DNA of 64,000 nt from Clostridia bacterium (GCA_012720075.1 JAAXZE010000030.1:24734-88733), one strand, 5' to 3'. Counted from the first letter of the stretch, positions 48,842-61,393 are shown. Notes: a model not told the origin generated them from the sequence alone. A program made the numbers and translations.

Positions 48842-49153
48842 TTGGAACACAAAGTTATAGCATTGCCGAAACTTAATAATCTCGCTCCTACCATGGAGTC
48901 AACAGCCCTAAAGCTAATGGAGGAAGCCGGGGAACTGGCTCAAGCCATAGGAAAGTTTCGGGGATTAAGCGGTGAGTCGAATGTTGTTTCCGAAGAAGAA
49001 GTTATGAAGATGATAACCAGGGAGCTTTTGGATGTTGCCCAGACCGCTGTTTCTATGATGTATGTGCTGGAGGAATATTATAACGTGGATATAGGCGCTA
49101 TGCTGGAAGAACATATTCAAAAGCTCATTAACAAAGGATATCTCACCAGGTAA
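48842..49153 (+). CDS. MazG-like nucleotide pyrophosphohydrolase domain protein
   Basis: 103-aa all-alpha protein with EEAGEL..E..D acidic pattern. TTG start after GGGGTG. Confidence 0.55.
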   Translation: MEHKVIALPKLNNLAPTMESTALKLMEEAGELAQAIGKFRGLSGESNVVSEEEVMKMITRELLDVAQTAVSMMYVLEEYYNVDIGAMLEEHIQKLINKGYLTR

Positions 49154-49200
49154 TTGCAGATTGAGAACAATGCTTTGTATCTACATTGCCGCAGAGAATA

Positions 49201-49347
49201 AGATTGAAGATTAAGATTTCGCCAACTTTGTCGGCTAGTTTACGCTTCGCTAGGTTGAGGTTGAGAACTTAAATAATTCTCAACTCTCCATTCTCAATTC
49301 TCAATTAATCTTAAGCACTTACACACTAACACACTCACACACTAAAA
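49201..49347 (+). repeat. Composite C-G(inverted)-B upstream of wecB
   Basis: GATTAAGATTTCGCCAACTTTGTCGGCTAGTTTACGCTTCGCTAGGTTGAGGTTGAG; AATTCTCAACTCTCCATTCTCAATTCTCAATT; CTTAAGCACTTACACACTAACACACTCACACACTAAAA. Confidence 0.85.
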
Positions 49348-49361
49348 TAAGGAATGATTCT

Positions 49362-50516
49362 ATGACCCGGAAGAAAATAATGAGTATTTTCGGCACCAGG
49401 CCGGAAGCAATTAAAATGGCCCCTTTAATAAAAGCCCTGGAAAAGGAAAAAGATTTTCAAAGCATTGTGGTGGTTAGTGCTCAACATCGGGAAATGCTGG
49501 ACCAGGTCTTGGACCTTTTTCAAATAAAGCCCCAGTATGATTTAAACATTATGCAGGCAGGTCAAACCCTTTCCGACATCACCTGTCGGGTGTTAAAAGG
49601 TCTGGAACCGGTACTGGAAAAAGAAAAACCAGATATGATTTTAGTCCACGGCGATACCACTACCACCTTTGCCGCGGCCCTGGCCGCCTTCTACCATAAA
49701 ATTCCGGTAGGCCATGTGGAGGCCGGGCTGCGGTCCGGCAACATGTATTCTCCATTCCCTGAAGAAATTAACCGCAAGCTGACGGCAGGTTTGACGACTT
49801 TGCATTTTGCGCCTACACCTACTGCCAAAGAAAACCTCATTGGTGAAGGTGTAAGGGAAGAGCAAATTTTCGTTACCGGTAATACTGTTATTGATGCTCT
49901 GTTGGCTACCGTAAAACCCGATTATAAATTTAACCATTCTGAACTTCAGGCCATTGATTTTGCTAATAAGCGGGTAATTTTGGTTACCGCTCACCGACGG
50001 GAAAACTTAGGAGAGCCTATGAAAAATATTTTTCAAGCTCTGGTCCAATTGCATGAAGAATTTAACGATATAGAAATTATTTTTCCCGTCCATAAAAATC
50101 CCGCAGTGCGAAATTTGGCCTTTGAAATTTTAGGAGATTATAAAAGGATTCATCTTATAGAGCCTTTAGATTATGAGCCTTTTGCCAACCTTTTGGCCAA
50201 GTGTTATTTTATTCTGACCGATTCGGGAGGATTGCAGGAAGAAGCTCCTGCATTGGGCAAACCTGTACTGGTTTTAAGGGAAAACACCGAAAGGCCGGAA
50301 GCCGTTGCCGCGGGTACCGTAGCACTGGTCGGTACCCAAAAGCAAAAAATCTTTTATCATTCTTATAATCTACTGGTAAATCTAGAAATTTATGCTAAAA
50401 TGGAAAGGGCCGTAAATCCATACGGTGATGGAAAATCATGTTCCAGAATTATTGAAGCCCTGAAGTTTTATTTTAAATTTATAAGAATTCGTCCAAGAGA
50501 TTGGTTTTGTTTGTGA
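49362..50516 (+). CDS. wecB: UDP-N-acetylglucosamine 2-epimerase (non-hydrolysing)
   Basis: FGTRPEAIKMAPL, VHGDTTT and TDSGGLQEEAP motifs. Confidence 0.9.
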   Translation: MTRKKIMSIFGTRPEAIKMAPLIKALEKEKDFQSIVVVSAQHREMLDQVLDLFQIKPQYDLNIMQAGQTLSDITCRVLKGLEPVLEKEKPDMILVHGDTTTTFAAALAAFYHKIPVGHVEAGLRSGNMYSPFPEEINRKLTAGLTTLHFAPTPTAKENLIGEGVREEQIFVTGNTVIDALLATVKPDYKFNHSELQAIDFANKRVILVTAHRRENLGEPMKNIFQALVQLHEEFNDIEIIFPVHKNPAVRNLAFEILGDYKRIHLIEPLDYEPFANLLAKCYFILTDSGGLQEEAPALGKPVLVLRENTERPEAVAAGTVALVGTQKQKIFYHSYNLLVNLEIYAKMERAVNPYGDGKSCSRIIEALKFYFKFIRIRPRDWFCL

Positions 50517-50611
50517 AAACCTGTACAAATTGTTTAAAATGTGCTAAATTATAACTTGACATTTAAAATTAGTTTGATAATTTTATCTTGTAATAAAATT
50601 TGGAGGAAAAG

Positions 50612-50842
50612 ATGGCTAATAACAAAGGGGCATTCAAGTATGTTCACTTTGGCCTCTCCTTCGGCTCAACCATGGCTGTCAGTATTTATTTTGGTTTTAA
50701 GGGCGGCATGTGGTTAGACAATTATTTTAATTCCGAGCCCCTTTTTTTGATTTTAGGTATACTGCTGGGGATAGGTGCTTCATTTAGAAGCCTGTTGGAA
50801 AATCTAAAAAGATTGGATAGGAAAAATAAAAGTCAAAATTAA
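50612..50842 (+). CDS. atpZ: AtpZ/AtpI-family small membrane protein of the F-ATPase operon
   Basis: 76 aa, two helices. GGAGG 5 nt upstream of ATG 50612. Confidence 0.65.
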   Translation: MANNKGAFKYVHFGLSFGSTMAVSIYFGFKGGMWLDNYFNSEPLFLILGILLGIGASFRSLLENLKRLDRKNKSQN

Positions 50843-50860
50843 GGAATAGATTTTAACGGT

Positions 50861-50930
50861 TATCGCGTCACAGTATGTTGTGGTTGTGAAGTGAATTTAC
50901 ATATCTAAATTACCGGCCACAGGACACAGG
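50861..50930 (+). repeat. Degenerate E/I-like words inside the atp operon (atpZ-atpI spacer)
   Basis: TATCGCGTCACAGTATGTTGTGGTTGTGAAGTG ... CCGGCCACAGGACACAGG. Confidence 0.35.
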
Positions 50931-50958
50931 AAATTGGCTAAGAGTCATAAAAAATGGG

Positions 50959-51252
50959 ATGATAGTCATGTTAACCTCGTTTATTATAGGTTTCAGTTTG
51001 GGACTAGCCGGGAGCCTTGTTAATCATTGGCTTTCCCTCCGGTCTTTAAAAAAACTGGATAAAAATTCTCCCACCATAAAAATAAAGAGGGGCTTTACCG
51101 GCGATTTTATACTACGACAGTTCATCAATGTCTTTGTCCTATTTTTGGTTCGCAAGGATGTAACTATGTTAGTTGCAGCCGCCATTGGTTTAACTATGGT
51201 TAAAAACTATTTGTTAGTATATTACACTTTAGGCAGGAAAGGGGTGAGATAA
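50959..51252 (+). CDS. atpI: ATP synthase protein I
   Basis: 97-aa hydrophobic protein immediately upstream of atpB. Confidence 0.6.
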   Translation: MIVMLTSFIIGFSLGLAGSLVNHWLSLRSLKKLDKNSPTIKIKRGFTGDFILRQFINVFVLFLVRKDVTMLVAAAIGLTMVKNYLLVYYTLGRKGVR

Positions 51253-51254
51253 TT

Positions 51255-51968
51255 TTGTTTGGGGCAAAGGCTGCTTATGCTGCAGAAGCAGGCGGAGATC
51301 ATGGTCCGCAAATTTTATTTAACTTATTTGGTTTGCCTGTCACCAGTGAAGTCACAACCACATGGGGAATTATTCTAATTTTAGGCTTAGCTTCTTATTT
51401 TGCCACCCGTAATATGAAAAGGATACCATCCGGCATTCAAAATGTGATGGAATATGCTGTTGAATCATTAATCAAACTCTTTGCCGGAGTAATGGGTGAG
51501 AAAAAGGCTAAAAGGTTTTTACCTTTATTGGGAACCCTGTTTCTTTTTATATTACTGTCTAATTATTCCGGTTTATTGCCGGGAGCCGGCCATACACCCG
51601 GATTGAAAGCGCCTACCAGCACCTGGAGTGTTACTCTGGGATTGGCATTGGTGGTAATAATTTCGGTGCAAATTTATGGTGTTAAAGAACGGGGATTGGA
51701 TTATTTCAAGCATTTTGTTCAACCTATACCTGTAATGTTGCCGATGAATATTATTGAACAGTTTACGAGACCATTATCCCTTTCTTTGCGTCTTTTCGGT
51801 AATGTTTATGGAGAAGAAATGGTTGTAGCCGGATTGTTTGCTTTGGTACCGCTGATTTTACCTTTACCAATGATGTTTCTGGGGCTTCTCTTTGGTTTTA
51901 TACAGGCTTTTGTATTTACTTTATTAGCAACTGTTTATATTGCGGAAGCCACTGAAACTCATCATTAA
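51255..51968 (+). CDS. atpB: F0F1 ATP synthase subunit a
   Basis: LSLRLFGN motif with the essential Arg. 237 aa. Confidence 0.9.
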   Translation: MFGAKAAYAAEAGGDHGPQILFNLFGLPVTSEVTTTWGIILILGLASYFATRNMKRIPSGIQNVMEYAVESLIKLFAGVMGEKKAKRFLPLLGTLFLFILLSNYSGLLPGAGHTPGLKAPTSTWSVTLGLALVVIISVQIYGVKERGLDYFKHFVQPIPVMLPMNIIEQFTRPLSLSLRLFGNVYGEEMVVAGLFALVPLILPLPMMFLGLLFGFIQAFVFTLLATVYIAEATETHH

Positions 51969-52008
51969 TATTGCAATACCAGTAATAGTTTTGACTGCAA
52001 TTTGATAA

Positions 52009-52263
<255 letters not shown>

Positions 52264-52281
52264 GGTAAAAGGGCCTAGGGC

Positions 52282-52308
52282 AGGCGATTGGAGCTTTTCC
52301 AATCGCCT
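52282..52308 (+). promoter_or_regulatory. stable hairpin between atpE and atpF (no T-run)
   Basis: Perfect 10-bp stem AGGCGATTGG/CCAATCGCCT with a 7-nt loop. Candidate mRNA-stabilising or processing element. Confidence 0.5.
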
Positions 52309-52349
52309 CCGTGATATTTTAAAGCCCGGTAACGAGAGGGGGTCAATTA

Positions 52350-52835
52350 ATGAGCATTCATGTTCCTGACATAGTATGGGCTATCATAAACTTTCTTATT
52401 TTGGTAGCCGTTTTAAATAAATTCCTCTACAAACCAGTAGTTAAAATGCTGGACGATCGAAAGAATGAAATTGTCGGCAACCTGGACCAGGCAGCCCAAG
52501 CAAAAGTGGAAGCAGAAAAATTAAAAGAAGAATATATGACTCATTTGCAGAATGCTAAAGCGGAGGCCCAGGAAATAATTTCCCGAGCTAATAAAATAGG
52601 TGAAGAAACTAAGAATGAAATAATTGCCCAGGCCAAGGCTGAAGCTCAAAAAGTCAGTGCTAAAGCCCAGGAAGAAATTCGCTTGGAGAAGGCCAAGGCT
52701 TTAGCCCAATTAAGGGACGAAGTAGCGTCTTTAGCTGTTTTAGCCGCTGAAAAGATAATAGCCAAGAGCATAGATATCAACGATCATGAAAAGATGGTCA
52801 AAGACTTTGTTAAAGAGGTAGGGGAAATACAGTGA
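52350..52835 (+). CDS. atpF: F0F1 ATP synthase subunit b
   Basis: N-terminal anchor plus a long charged helix. Operon position. Confidence 0.85.
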   Translation: MSIHVPDIVWAIINFLILVAVLNKFLYKPVVKMLDDRKNEIVGNLDQAAQAKVEAEKLKEEYMTHLQNAKAEAQEIISRANKIGEETKNEIIAQAKAEAQKVSAKAQEEIRLEKAKALAQLRDEVASLAVLAAEKIIAKSIDINDHEKMVKDFVKEVGEIQ

Positions 52836-53389
52836 ATAACAAAACGGTAGCTAAACGCTATGCACAAGCCCTCCTCCAGATTGCCCATGAAAAAGATGCC
52901 ATTGACCTTTATGAAAAAGATTTAAATGACTGTCTTAATGCAATAAATTCCGATGAACATCTTCAACATATTTGGTACAGCCAACAGGTATTATCGGAAG
53001 ATAAAAAGAAAGTAGTTAAGGACTTATTGGCAAAAAATTTATCCAACATGGTGGCTAACCTATTGATGCTGATTATTGATAAAAAGCGGGAAGCTTTTCT
53101 TCCGGATATAGTTTCCGAGTACAAAAAGCAGGCTGATATCACCCGCAATATTATTAATGCGGAAGTCCGGTCGGCTGTAGCTCTTACCGATAAGGACTTT
53201 AATGAACTGGTGGAAAAACTTTCGGCGATGAGCGGTAAAAAGGTCCGTCTTCATTCCGTTGTAGACCCCAGTTTGATAGGCGGTTTGGTAGTGAAAATGG
53301 GTGATAAAGTAATCGACGGCAGTGTTATCAAACGCTTAAGCATTTTAAAGAAAAACTTGAGTAATATACAGTTTTCAAGATTGGGGTGA
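52832..53389 (+). CDS. atpH: F0F1 ATP synthase subunit delta
   Basis: OSCP-like. AKRYAQAL N-terminus and IGGLVVKMGDKVIDGS C-terminus. Confidence 0.85.
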   Translation: MNNKTVAKRYAQALLQIAHEKDAIDLYEKDLNDCLNAINSDEHLQHIWYSQQVLSEDKKKVVKDLLAKNLSNMVANLLMLIIDKKREAFLPDIVSEYKKQADITRNIINAEVRSAVALTDKDFNELVEKLSAMSGKKVRLHSVVDPSLIGGLVVKMGDKVIDGSVIKRLSILKKNLSNIQFSRLG

Positions 53390-53397
53390 GGGACTAA

Positions 53398-54912
<1,515 letters not shown>

Positions 54913-54944
54913 CCTTGAAGCCCCATGAGAAGGTGGTGAAATGA

Positions 54945-55802
54945 TTGGCAACCGTTAGTGATATTAAAAGAAGGATACGCAGTGTAAAAAGCACCCAACA
55001 GATTACCAAGGCTATGAAGATGGTGGCCGCAGCCAAGCTTAGAAGAACTCAAACGGCGGTTGTGGCTGCTCGGCCATATTCGGCCAAATTAAAAGAAGTT
55101 CTGTCCCGTTTAGTGGCTTCCTCGCCTGATTTCAAGGATCCTCTGTTAGAAGTGCGGGAGCCAAAGAAAGTCGGCTTTGTTGTGGTTTCAGCCAATAAAG
55201 GCTTGTCCGGCGGCTACAATGCCAATGTTATCAAAAAAGCGGTTGTAGCCATGGCCCAGCACCGGGATCAGGAAGTCGGCATCCTGGCAGTAGGTAGAAA
55301 AGCCAGGGATTTTTTCCGCAAGAGAAACTACCGGATAGAAGGTGAATTCTTGGGCATCTCCGATGTTCCTACTGTGGTTGAAGCCAAAGAATTGGCTGAG
55401 GTGGTAAAAACCTTTTATACGGAAGGCATATATGACGAAGTATATATTGTGTATACCGAGTTTATTAATGCCATATCCCAAAGACCGACTATTAAAAAAC
55501 TGTTACCAATAGAAGCCCCTCAGGAAAAAACCGAGGGAGAACTGGATTACCTCTTTGATCCTAATCCTCAATTGGTTTTAAACCAATTACTTCCGTTATA
55601 TCTTATCAATCAAATATTTAGTGCTTTGATGGAAGCCAAAGCCAGTGAGCATGGTGCAACCATGACTGCTATGGGTTCGGCTACCGACAATGCTGCTGAA
55701 TTAATTGAACAGTTGACCTTAAGCTTCAACAGGGCTCGTCAAGCCGCCATTACCCAAGAAATTGCCGAAATTGTCGGCGGTGCCAATGCCCTTTCCGGTT
55801 AG
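54945..55802 (+). CDS. atpG: F0F1 ATP synthase subunit gamma
   Basis: IKRRIRSVKSTQQITKAMKMVAAAK N-terminus and ITQEIAEIVGGA C-terminus. TTG start. Confidence 0.9.
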   Translation: MATVSDIKRRIRSVKSTQQITKAMKMVAAAKLRRTQTAVVAARPYSAKLKEVLSRLVASSPDFKDPLLEVREPKKVGFVVVSANKGLSGGYNANVIKKAVVAMAQHRDQEVGILAVGRKARDFFRKRNYRIEGEFLGISDVPTVVEAKELAEVVKTFYTEGIYDEVYIVYTEFINAISQRPTIKKLLPIEAPQEKTEGELDYLFDPNPQLVLNQLLPLYLINQIFSALMEAKASEHGATMTAMGSATDNAAELIEQLTLSFNRARQAAITQEIAEIVGGANALSG

Positions 55803-55908
55803 CAGGCCTAAGACCAAAGCTAAAGTGGGCTGAATGCCGAAAAACTGGATAGTTTCTTAAACACAGAAAAACTCTGAATTGTGTTTTTTTAGTGACAACT
55901 AGTAGCTA

Positions 55909-57394
<1,486 letters not shown>

Positions 57395-57397
57395 AGC

Positions 57398-57805
57398 GTG
57401 ATGGCTGGCAAAACCCTCAGGTTGGAGGTTGTGACTCCAGAACGCATGGTATTATCGGAAGAAATTGTTTCTTTAATTGTACCTGCTATTGAAGGCTATA
57501 TGGGTATCTTACCTAACCATGCTCCTATCATTTCCGGTTTAGAGCCGGGAGTAGTAAAATATAAAGTTGACGGCAATTATAAAAAGATGGCTATTAGCGG
57601 CGGTTTCCTGGAGGTTTCCGACAATAAGGCCACTATTTTGGCCAATACCGCTGAGTTGGCCGAAGAAATTGATGTCAAACGAGCCCAGGCTGCTAAAGAA
57701 CGGGCTGAAAAAAGGTTGCACGACAAAGGGGACATAGACGTATTAAGGGCTGAATTGGCCTTAAAACGGGCTTTGGCAAGACTTAAGGCAGCGGGGCAAG
57801 GTTAA
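57398..57805 (+). CDS. atpC: F0F1 ATP synthase subunit epsilon
   Basis: 135 aa, beta-sandwich plus helical hairpin. Last gene of the operon. Confidence 0.9.
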   Translation: MMAGKTLRLEVVTPERMVLSEEIVSLIVPAIEGYMGILPNHAPIISGLEPGVVKYKVDGNYKKMAISGGFLEVSDNKATILANTAELAEEIDVKRAQAAKERAEKRLHDKGDIDVLRAELALKRALARLKAAGQG

Positions 57806-57865
57806 TTGTTTTTAGCAAAGGAAAATATTCCTTGAAGGGATATTTGTAAATTTAATAGAATAAAA

Positions 57866-57950
57866 AATTGCTTATTGTGCTAAGCAATTAGCCTAAAACA
57901 GATACACCGCAGTCTATATATATAGACTGCGGTATATCTGTTTTAGGTTT
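57866..57950 (+). terminator. tandem hairpins after atpC (9-bp stem, then a 56-bp near-perfect palindrome)
   Basis: AATTGCTTA/TAAGCAATT at 57866-57889. CCTAAAACAGATACACCGCAGTCTATAT / ATATAGACTGCGGTATATCTGTTTTAGG at 57892-57947 with one mismatch, then TTT. Confidence 0.55.
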
Positions 57951-57985
57951 AAAACCAATACTAATTATATAAATAAAAAACAAAA

Positions 57986-58107
57986 GGCTGACGGAAAATG
58001 AAACCAATTAGCCGTCATGCAGACCCCAAAAATGGCTTCCAAGTTGTCATGCGGACTTGAAAAGTTTGCGTGAAAGCCGTCATGCCGACCCCATAATAAC
58101 CCGAAAG
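57986..58107 (+). repeat. Family J right-arm array (4 units) upstream of the yueI-like gene
   Basis: GGCTGACGGAAAATGAAACCAATTAG / CCGTCATGCAGACCCCAAAAATGGCTTCCAAGTT / GTCATGCGGACTTGAAAAGTTTGCGTGAAAG / CCGTCATGCCGACCCCATAATAACCCGAAAG. Confidence 0.8.
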
Positions 58108-58124
58108 AAATATGGGAGGATACA

Positions 58125-58487
58125 ATGGAAAAATCCGAACTGGAGAAATTTTTAGAAGTAGGAATTCATGGAACCCCTGAACTAAAAAGTGAAGAAAAAA
58201 AGATTTATCTCGGGTGCTTCCGGGAAAGGATTCTTAAGGTTCTAACCAAGAAGCAAGTGACGGAGAAAGGAACATATAAAGAAATTTTAGACGCCATTCG
58301 GGACAAGCGGGCTAAAAGACTGATTGTTTCCAATGACGTTCAGCTTTCGTCCGCCATGGATTATATAAACCTTGCAAAAGATAACGGTTTGGAATTTACG
58401 CTGGTAGACGGTGATGATTATACCGGTGATATTGGCTTGGTGGTTGTCAGTGATACTGCGGTGGATGAAGAAAACATTTTTGTCTAA
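58125..58487 (+). CDS. YueI-like (DUF1694) protein
   Basis: 120 aa. FLEVGIHGTPELKSEEKK..LG.FRERI pattern is recalled from the DUF1694 family. Confidence 0.55.
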   Translation: MEKSELEKFLEVGIHGTPELKSEEKKIYLGCFRERILKVLTKKQVTEKGTYKEILDAIRDKRAKRLIVSNDVQLSSAMDYINLAKDNGLEFTLVDGDDYTGDIGLVVVSDTAVDEENIFV

Positions 58488-58501
58488 TAGGTTAAAGTTT
58501 T

Positions 58502-58848
58502 CCGACAGATAATTACTCTGGGGTTAAATATCCCGTCAGACAACTGCATTTGCTTAAAGTTATCGGGACAGACATGGCTAAAGGGTCAAACTCTTGCGTC
58601 TGACAAGGCTTCTTCGCAGATAATTACTTGTCAGACCCAAAATGTTCACTGAGCAGTAAGTTAGACGGAAAAGTAGTTATATTTTTTTGTTAGACGCGAA
58701 AATAAAACCTGTCAGTCAATGTCAGACCCAATATGTTAACCGTAAAGGTAAATGTCAGACGCAAAAGCTAAACCTATAAGTCAAATCTGACTAAATATAA
58801 TAATCATAAAGTATTTATCTGACGCAAAATCTAAACCCACAAGTACCC
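58502..58848. repeat. Family K inverted array (about 3-4 left-arm units, 7 right-arm units) between convergent genes
   Basis: Left arm: CCGACAGATAATT.., CCGTCAGACAACTGC.., GGGACAGACATGGC.. . Turn: CGTCTGACAAGG. Right unit starts near 58630, 58662, 58691, 58721, 58754, 58787 and 58819, e.g. GTCAGACCCAATATGTTAACCGTAAAGGTAAAT. Confidence 0.85.
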
Positions 58849-60384
58849 TCATTCTATCTTTATAGTCACTTCCGGCACTACCTTTGCTTCAAAGGTCCTG
58901 CTCCAAGGCAGTTCAATAAGGGCTGAAATATTTTCCACCCGGAATTTTATCTTTCCTATAGTATATTCCCCTAGAAAAACCTGTCTTAACTTTTCCTCAT
59001 AAGGAATAAATAATTCAGCCAGGATTTTATTGCCGGTGCTGTGTTTTTCACCTATATTAAGGGGATCAATATTTAATTGGGTCAATCTTTCATTTAATTC
59101 TTGCCGTAATATTCCCTGGTATATTAAATCTTCCGCCAACCTAATATATCTAAACTTTATATAAGCCTCCAGAGCTTCAATTTGTTCCTTCTTAGTAAAT
59201 CTTGGGTATCTTTCCTCCAAATATTGATAGGCGGCTGCATGGGATAATTCGGTCCCTATGGTATTTCCGGCAGTGTTCCATCCTGCATACCCTTTCACCT
59301 TTGGCCAATTATCCGGAGAAAGCAAAATTTCCAGCAACTCGATATCTCCTTTATTGGTAAAGGCAATATCCATAACACCCAGATAAGAAGCTTGGCTTTT
59401 CTCCAGCATATGTAGCAAGGCATCGACCTTTTGGGGGTCGGTATGAACAATGAAGTTTACATCCGCTCCGACATCTTTGGAAAAACCTAAATAATCAAGT
59501 TTTGTATTGATTACTTCCTCCAATGGAGCAGCCTCAAAAGGAAAATAAACATTTAGGAATTCTTTATTGGTATAGCCCGGGGTAAAATTTGGTTTTTCTT
59601 TAAAGGCAAGCTCCCGGACTAAAGCCAGCATGGTCAGTTCATCGGCACCATGGACAAATCGTACCTTTTCGTTAAACAGGGGCTTTAAATCCCGGATTAT
59701 TTTGTTGCTTAAGCCGTATTGTTCCGCATCATCCTGACCTATTAGGTAATGGTCGATTAAACCTTCTTCCGTAAATTCAATTAAACTCTTTACTAAGTCA
59801 TAGGTATTTTCATAAATACTAAAATACTCTTTCCAAATATTTTCCGGCAATTGCCCGGGAATATCAGGAAAAGGTTTTCCCTCCAGGCTGTTTTTATCTA
59901 TTTGCTGAGCGTAATCAATTAAAAGCTCTTGATAATCCCAAAGATGGGTAAATTGACTGGGCAGCAATCTGGGAAGAATGGTTATTACGATAATCTTTTT
60001 CCCCCTGTTTTGCCTGCAGAAAGCTTCCAGCCGGGATATTTTTCCCTTTATTTCCGTATAGGATTGGGGTTCACGGGAGGCAATAAGACCGCCGTTAAAA
60101 AGTTGGTTTGTATTAATGATAATTTTTTCAAAACTTTTCCCGTTTGCTTCCAACCACGACCAGAGACTTTCAGTCTCGGCAGGCTCTAAAAAGTTATCTA
60201 AATAATTGTAGGGAATAACAATTTGTTTATTGGTCATCTGACCCAGGAGCTCAGGAAATTGGGTATTGCAGGGCCTGCTATCCAGAGGAATCAAAGCCAC
60301 TTTCTCCGGGGCCTGTTTCCATAACCCATAGCCTATGGATATGATAAAAAATAAGACAAGCAATGTAATTACTAATTTTTTCAT
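58849..60384 (-). CDS. DUF4127-family protein with N-terminal signal/anchor
   Basis: About 510 aa from ATG 60384 (MKKLVITLLVLFF), after GGAGTG. The ORF-track start 60495 lacks an RBS. The family call is from memory. Confidence 0.55.
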   Translation of the reverse strand: MKKLVITLLVLFFIISIGYGLWKQAPEKVALIPLDSRPCNTQFPELLGQMTNKQIVIPYNYLDNFLEPAETESLWSWLEANGKSFEKIIINTNQLFNGGLIASREPQSYTEIKGKISRLEAFCRQNRGKKIIVITILPRLLPSQFTHLWDYQELLIDYAQQIDKNSLEGKPFPDIPGQLPENIWKEYFSIYENTYDLVKSLIEFTEEGLIDHYLIGQDDAEQYGLSNKIIRDLKPLFNEKVRFVHGADELTMLALVRELAFKEKPNFTPGYTNKEFLNVYFPFEAAPLEEVINTKLDYLGFSKDVGADVNFIVHTDPQKVDALLHMLEKSQASYLGVMDIAFTNKGDIELLEILLSPDNWPKVKGYAGWNTAGNTIGTELSHAAAYQYLEERYPRFTKKEQIEALEAYIKFRYIRLAEDLIYQGILRQELNERLTQLNIDPLNIGEKHSTGNKILAELFIPYEEKLRQVFLGEYTIGKIKFRVENISALIELPWSRTFEAKVVPEVTIKIE

Positions 60385-60570
60385 GGTTCGCACTCCGGTT
60401 TTCTTTTTCGCTTTTCCAATACCAACCTCTGTTTTGCTTGCTGCTATCGGTAATATTAACACATTTTTTTCTTTGTACGCACCGTTTAATTCCAATAAAG
60501 TAATTATAATAAATAGTCTGCCCTTTTTCTATTAGATTTTGAATAATATAGCAATTAATGGAAAGAATAA

Positions 60571-60610
60571 GATAATGGAGAATGGAGAATTGAGAATGGA
60601 GAGTTAAAAG
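60571..60610 (+). repeat. Family G array
   Basis: GATAATGGAGAATGGAGAATTGAGAATGGAGAGTTAAAAG. Confidence 0.85.
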
Positions 60611-60634
60611 ATTTAATTTTGAAGACTGTTAAGG

Positions 60635-61393
60635 TTGGTGTTTGTTGTGAAAAGCTACTCCTCGGTTATTGCATTTTTAGGAATTTTAACCTTAATATTT
60701 TTTCCCCTTTATGAGTACAATTCTTCCCATCAGGATTATTTAGACATTGTTACTAAAAGTTTTCATGCTACCCAAGGGGATTTTTACGAATTATATATTG
60801 AAGCCTGGGCACAAATAAAAAAAGAGGGTATCTCCGAAAAAGAATTATTAGCCCTATCTGAGGAAATCTTGAATAAATGGGGCTTAAGCTTGGCCGACTG
60901 CACCATCGACCGGTATGCTGATTTTATAAGTGTCTATTGTTCTGAGGTGCTGGACGATAACGCTTATTTTCAGTTATCCTTGCAAAGCCTCCAATGGGAA
61001 GGCGCAGAATCCGGAACGTTTATGGGAATTCAAGTCATTCTTGATGATTTGAAAAACGGCAGAAAATATTATCAACTGGTAAATCAAGTGTTTCAGGAAC
61101 AAAACATAAGAACTGATGTGGGAGTTACAATTGTCGGAACATTAGCCGGTCAATTAACCCAAGAAGATTTACAAGCACAAGCGGATTTAGCCTTTAATGC
61201 CGTAGAGGCCAGGGTTAAGGAGGGGATTTTCACCCATGAGCTATTAAGCTTGAGCGGCTTCACCCCTTATTGCCATAAATACTTAGATGTAGAAGGTAAA
61301 AAAATTAATTTAAATGTTGCCTTGCGCTATCATTCAATGGATGATACTACTTATATACACATCGGAGCCCCCCTTATCTTTCAGGAATACTGA
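60635..61393 (+). CDS. ywmB: YwmB-like (TATA-box-binding-fold) protein
   Basis: About 250 aa with an N-terminal anchor. Lies between the atp operon and murA, as Bacillus ywmB does. Confidence 0.55.
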   Translation: MVFVVKSYSSVIAFLGILTLIFFPLYEYNSSHQDYLDIVTKSFHATQGDFYELYIEAWAQIKKEGISEKELLALSEEILNKWGLSLADCTIDRYADFISVYCSEVLDDNAYFQLSLQSLQWEGAESGTFMGIQVILDDLKNGRKYYQLVNQVFQEQNIRTDVGVTIVGTLAGQLTQEDLQAQADLAFNAVEARVKEGIFTHELLSLSGFTPYCHKYLDVEGKKINLNVALRYHSMDDTTYIHIGAPLIFQEY

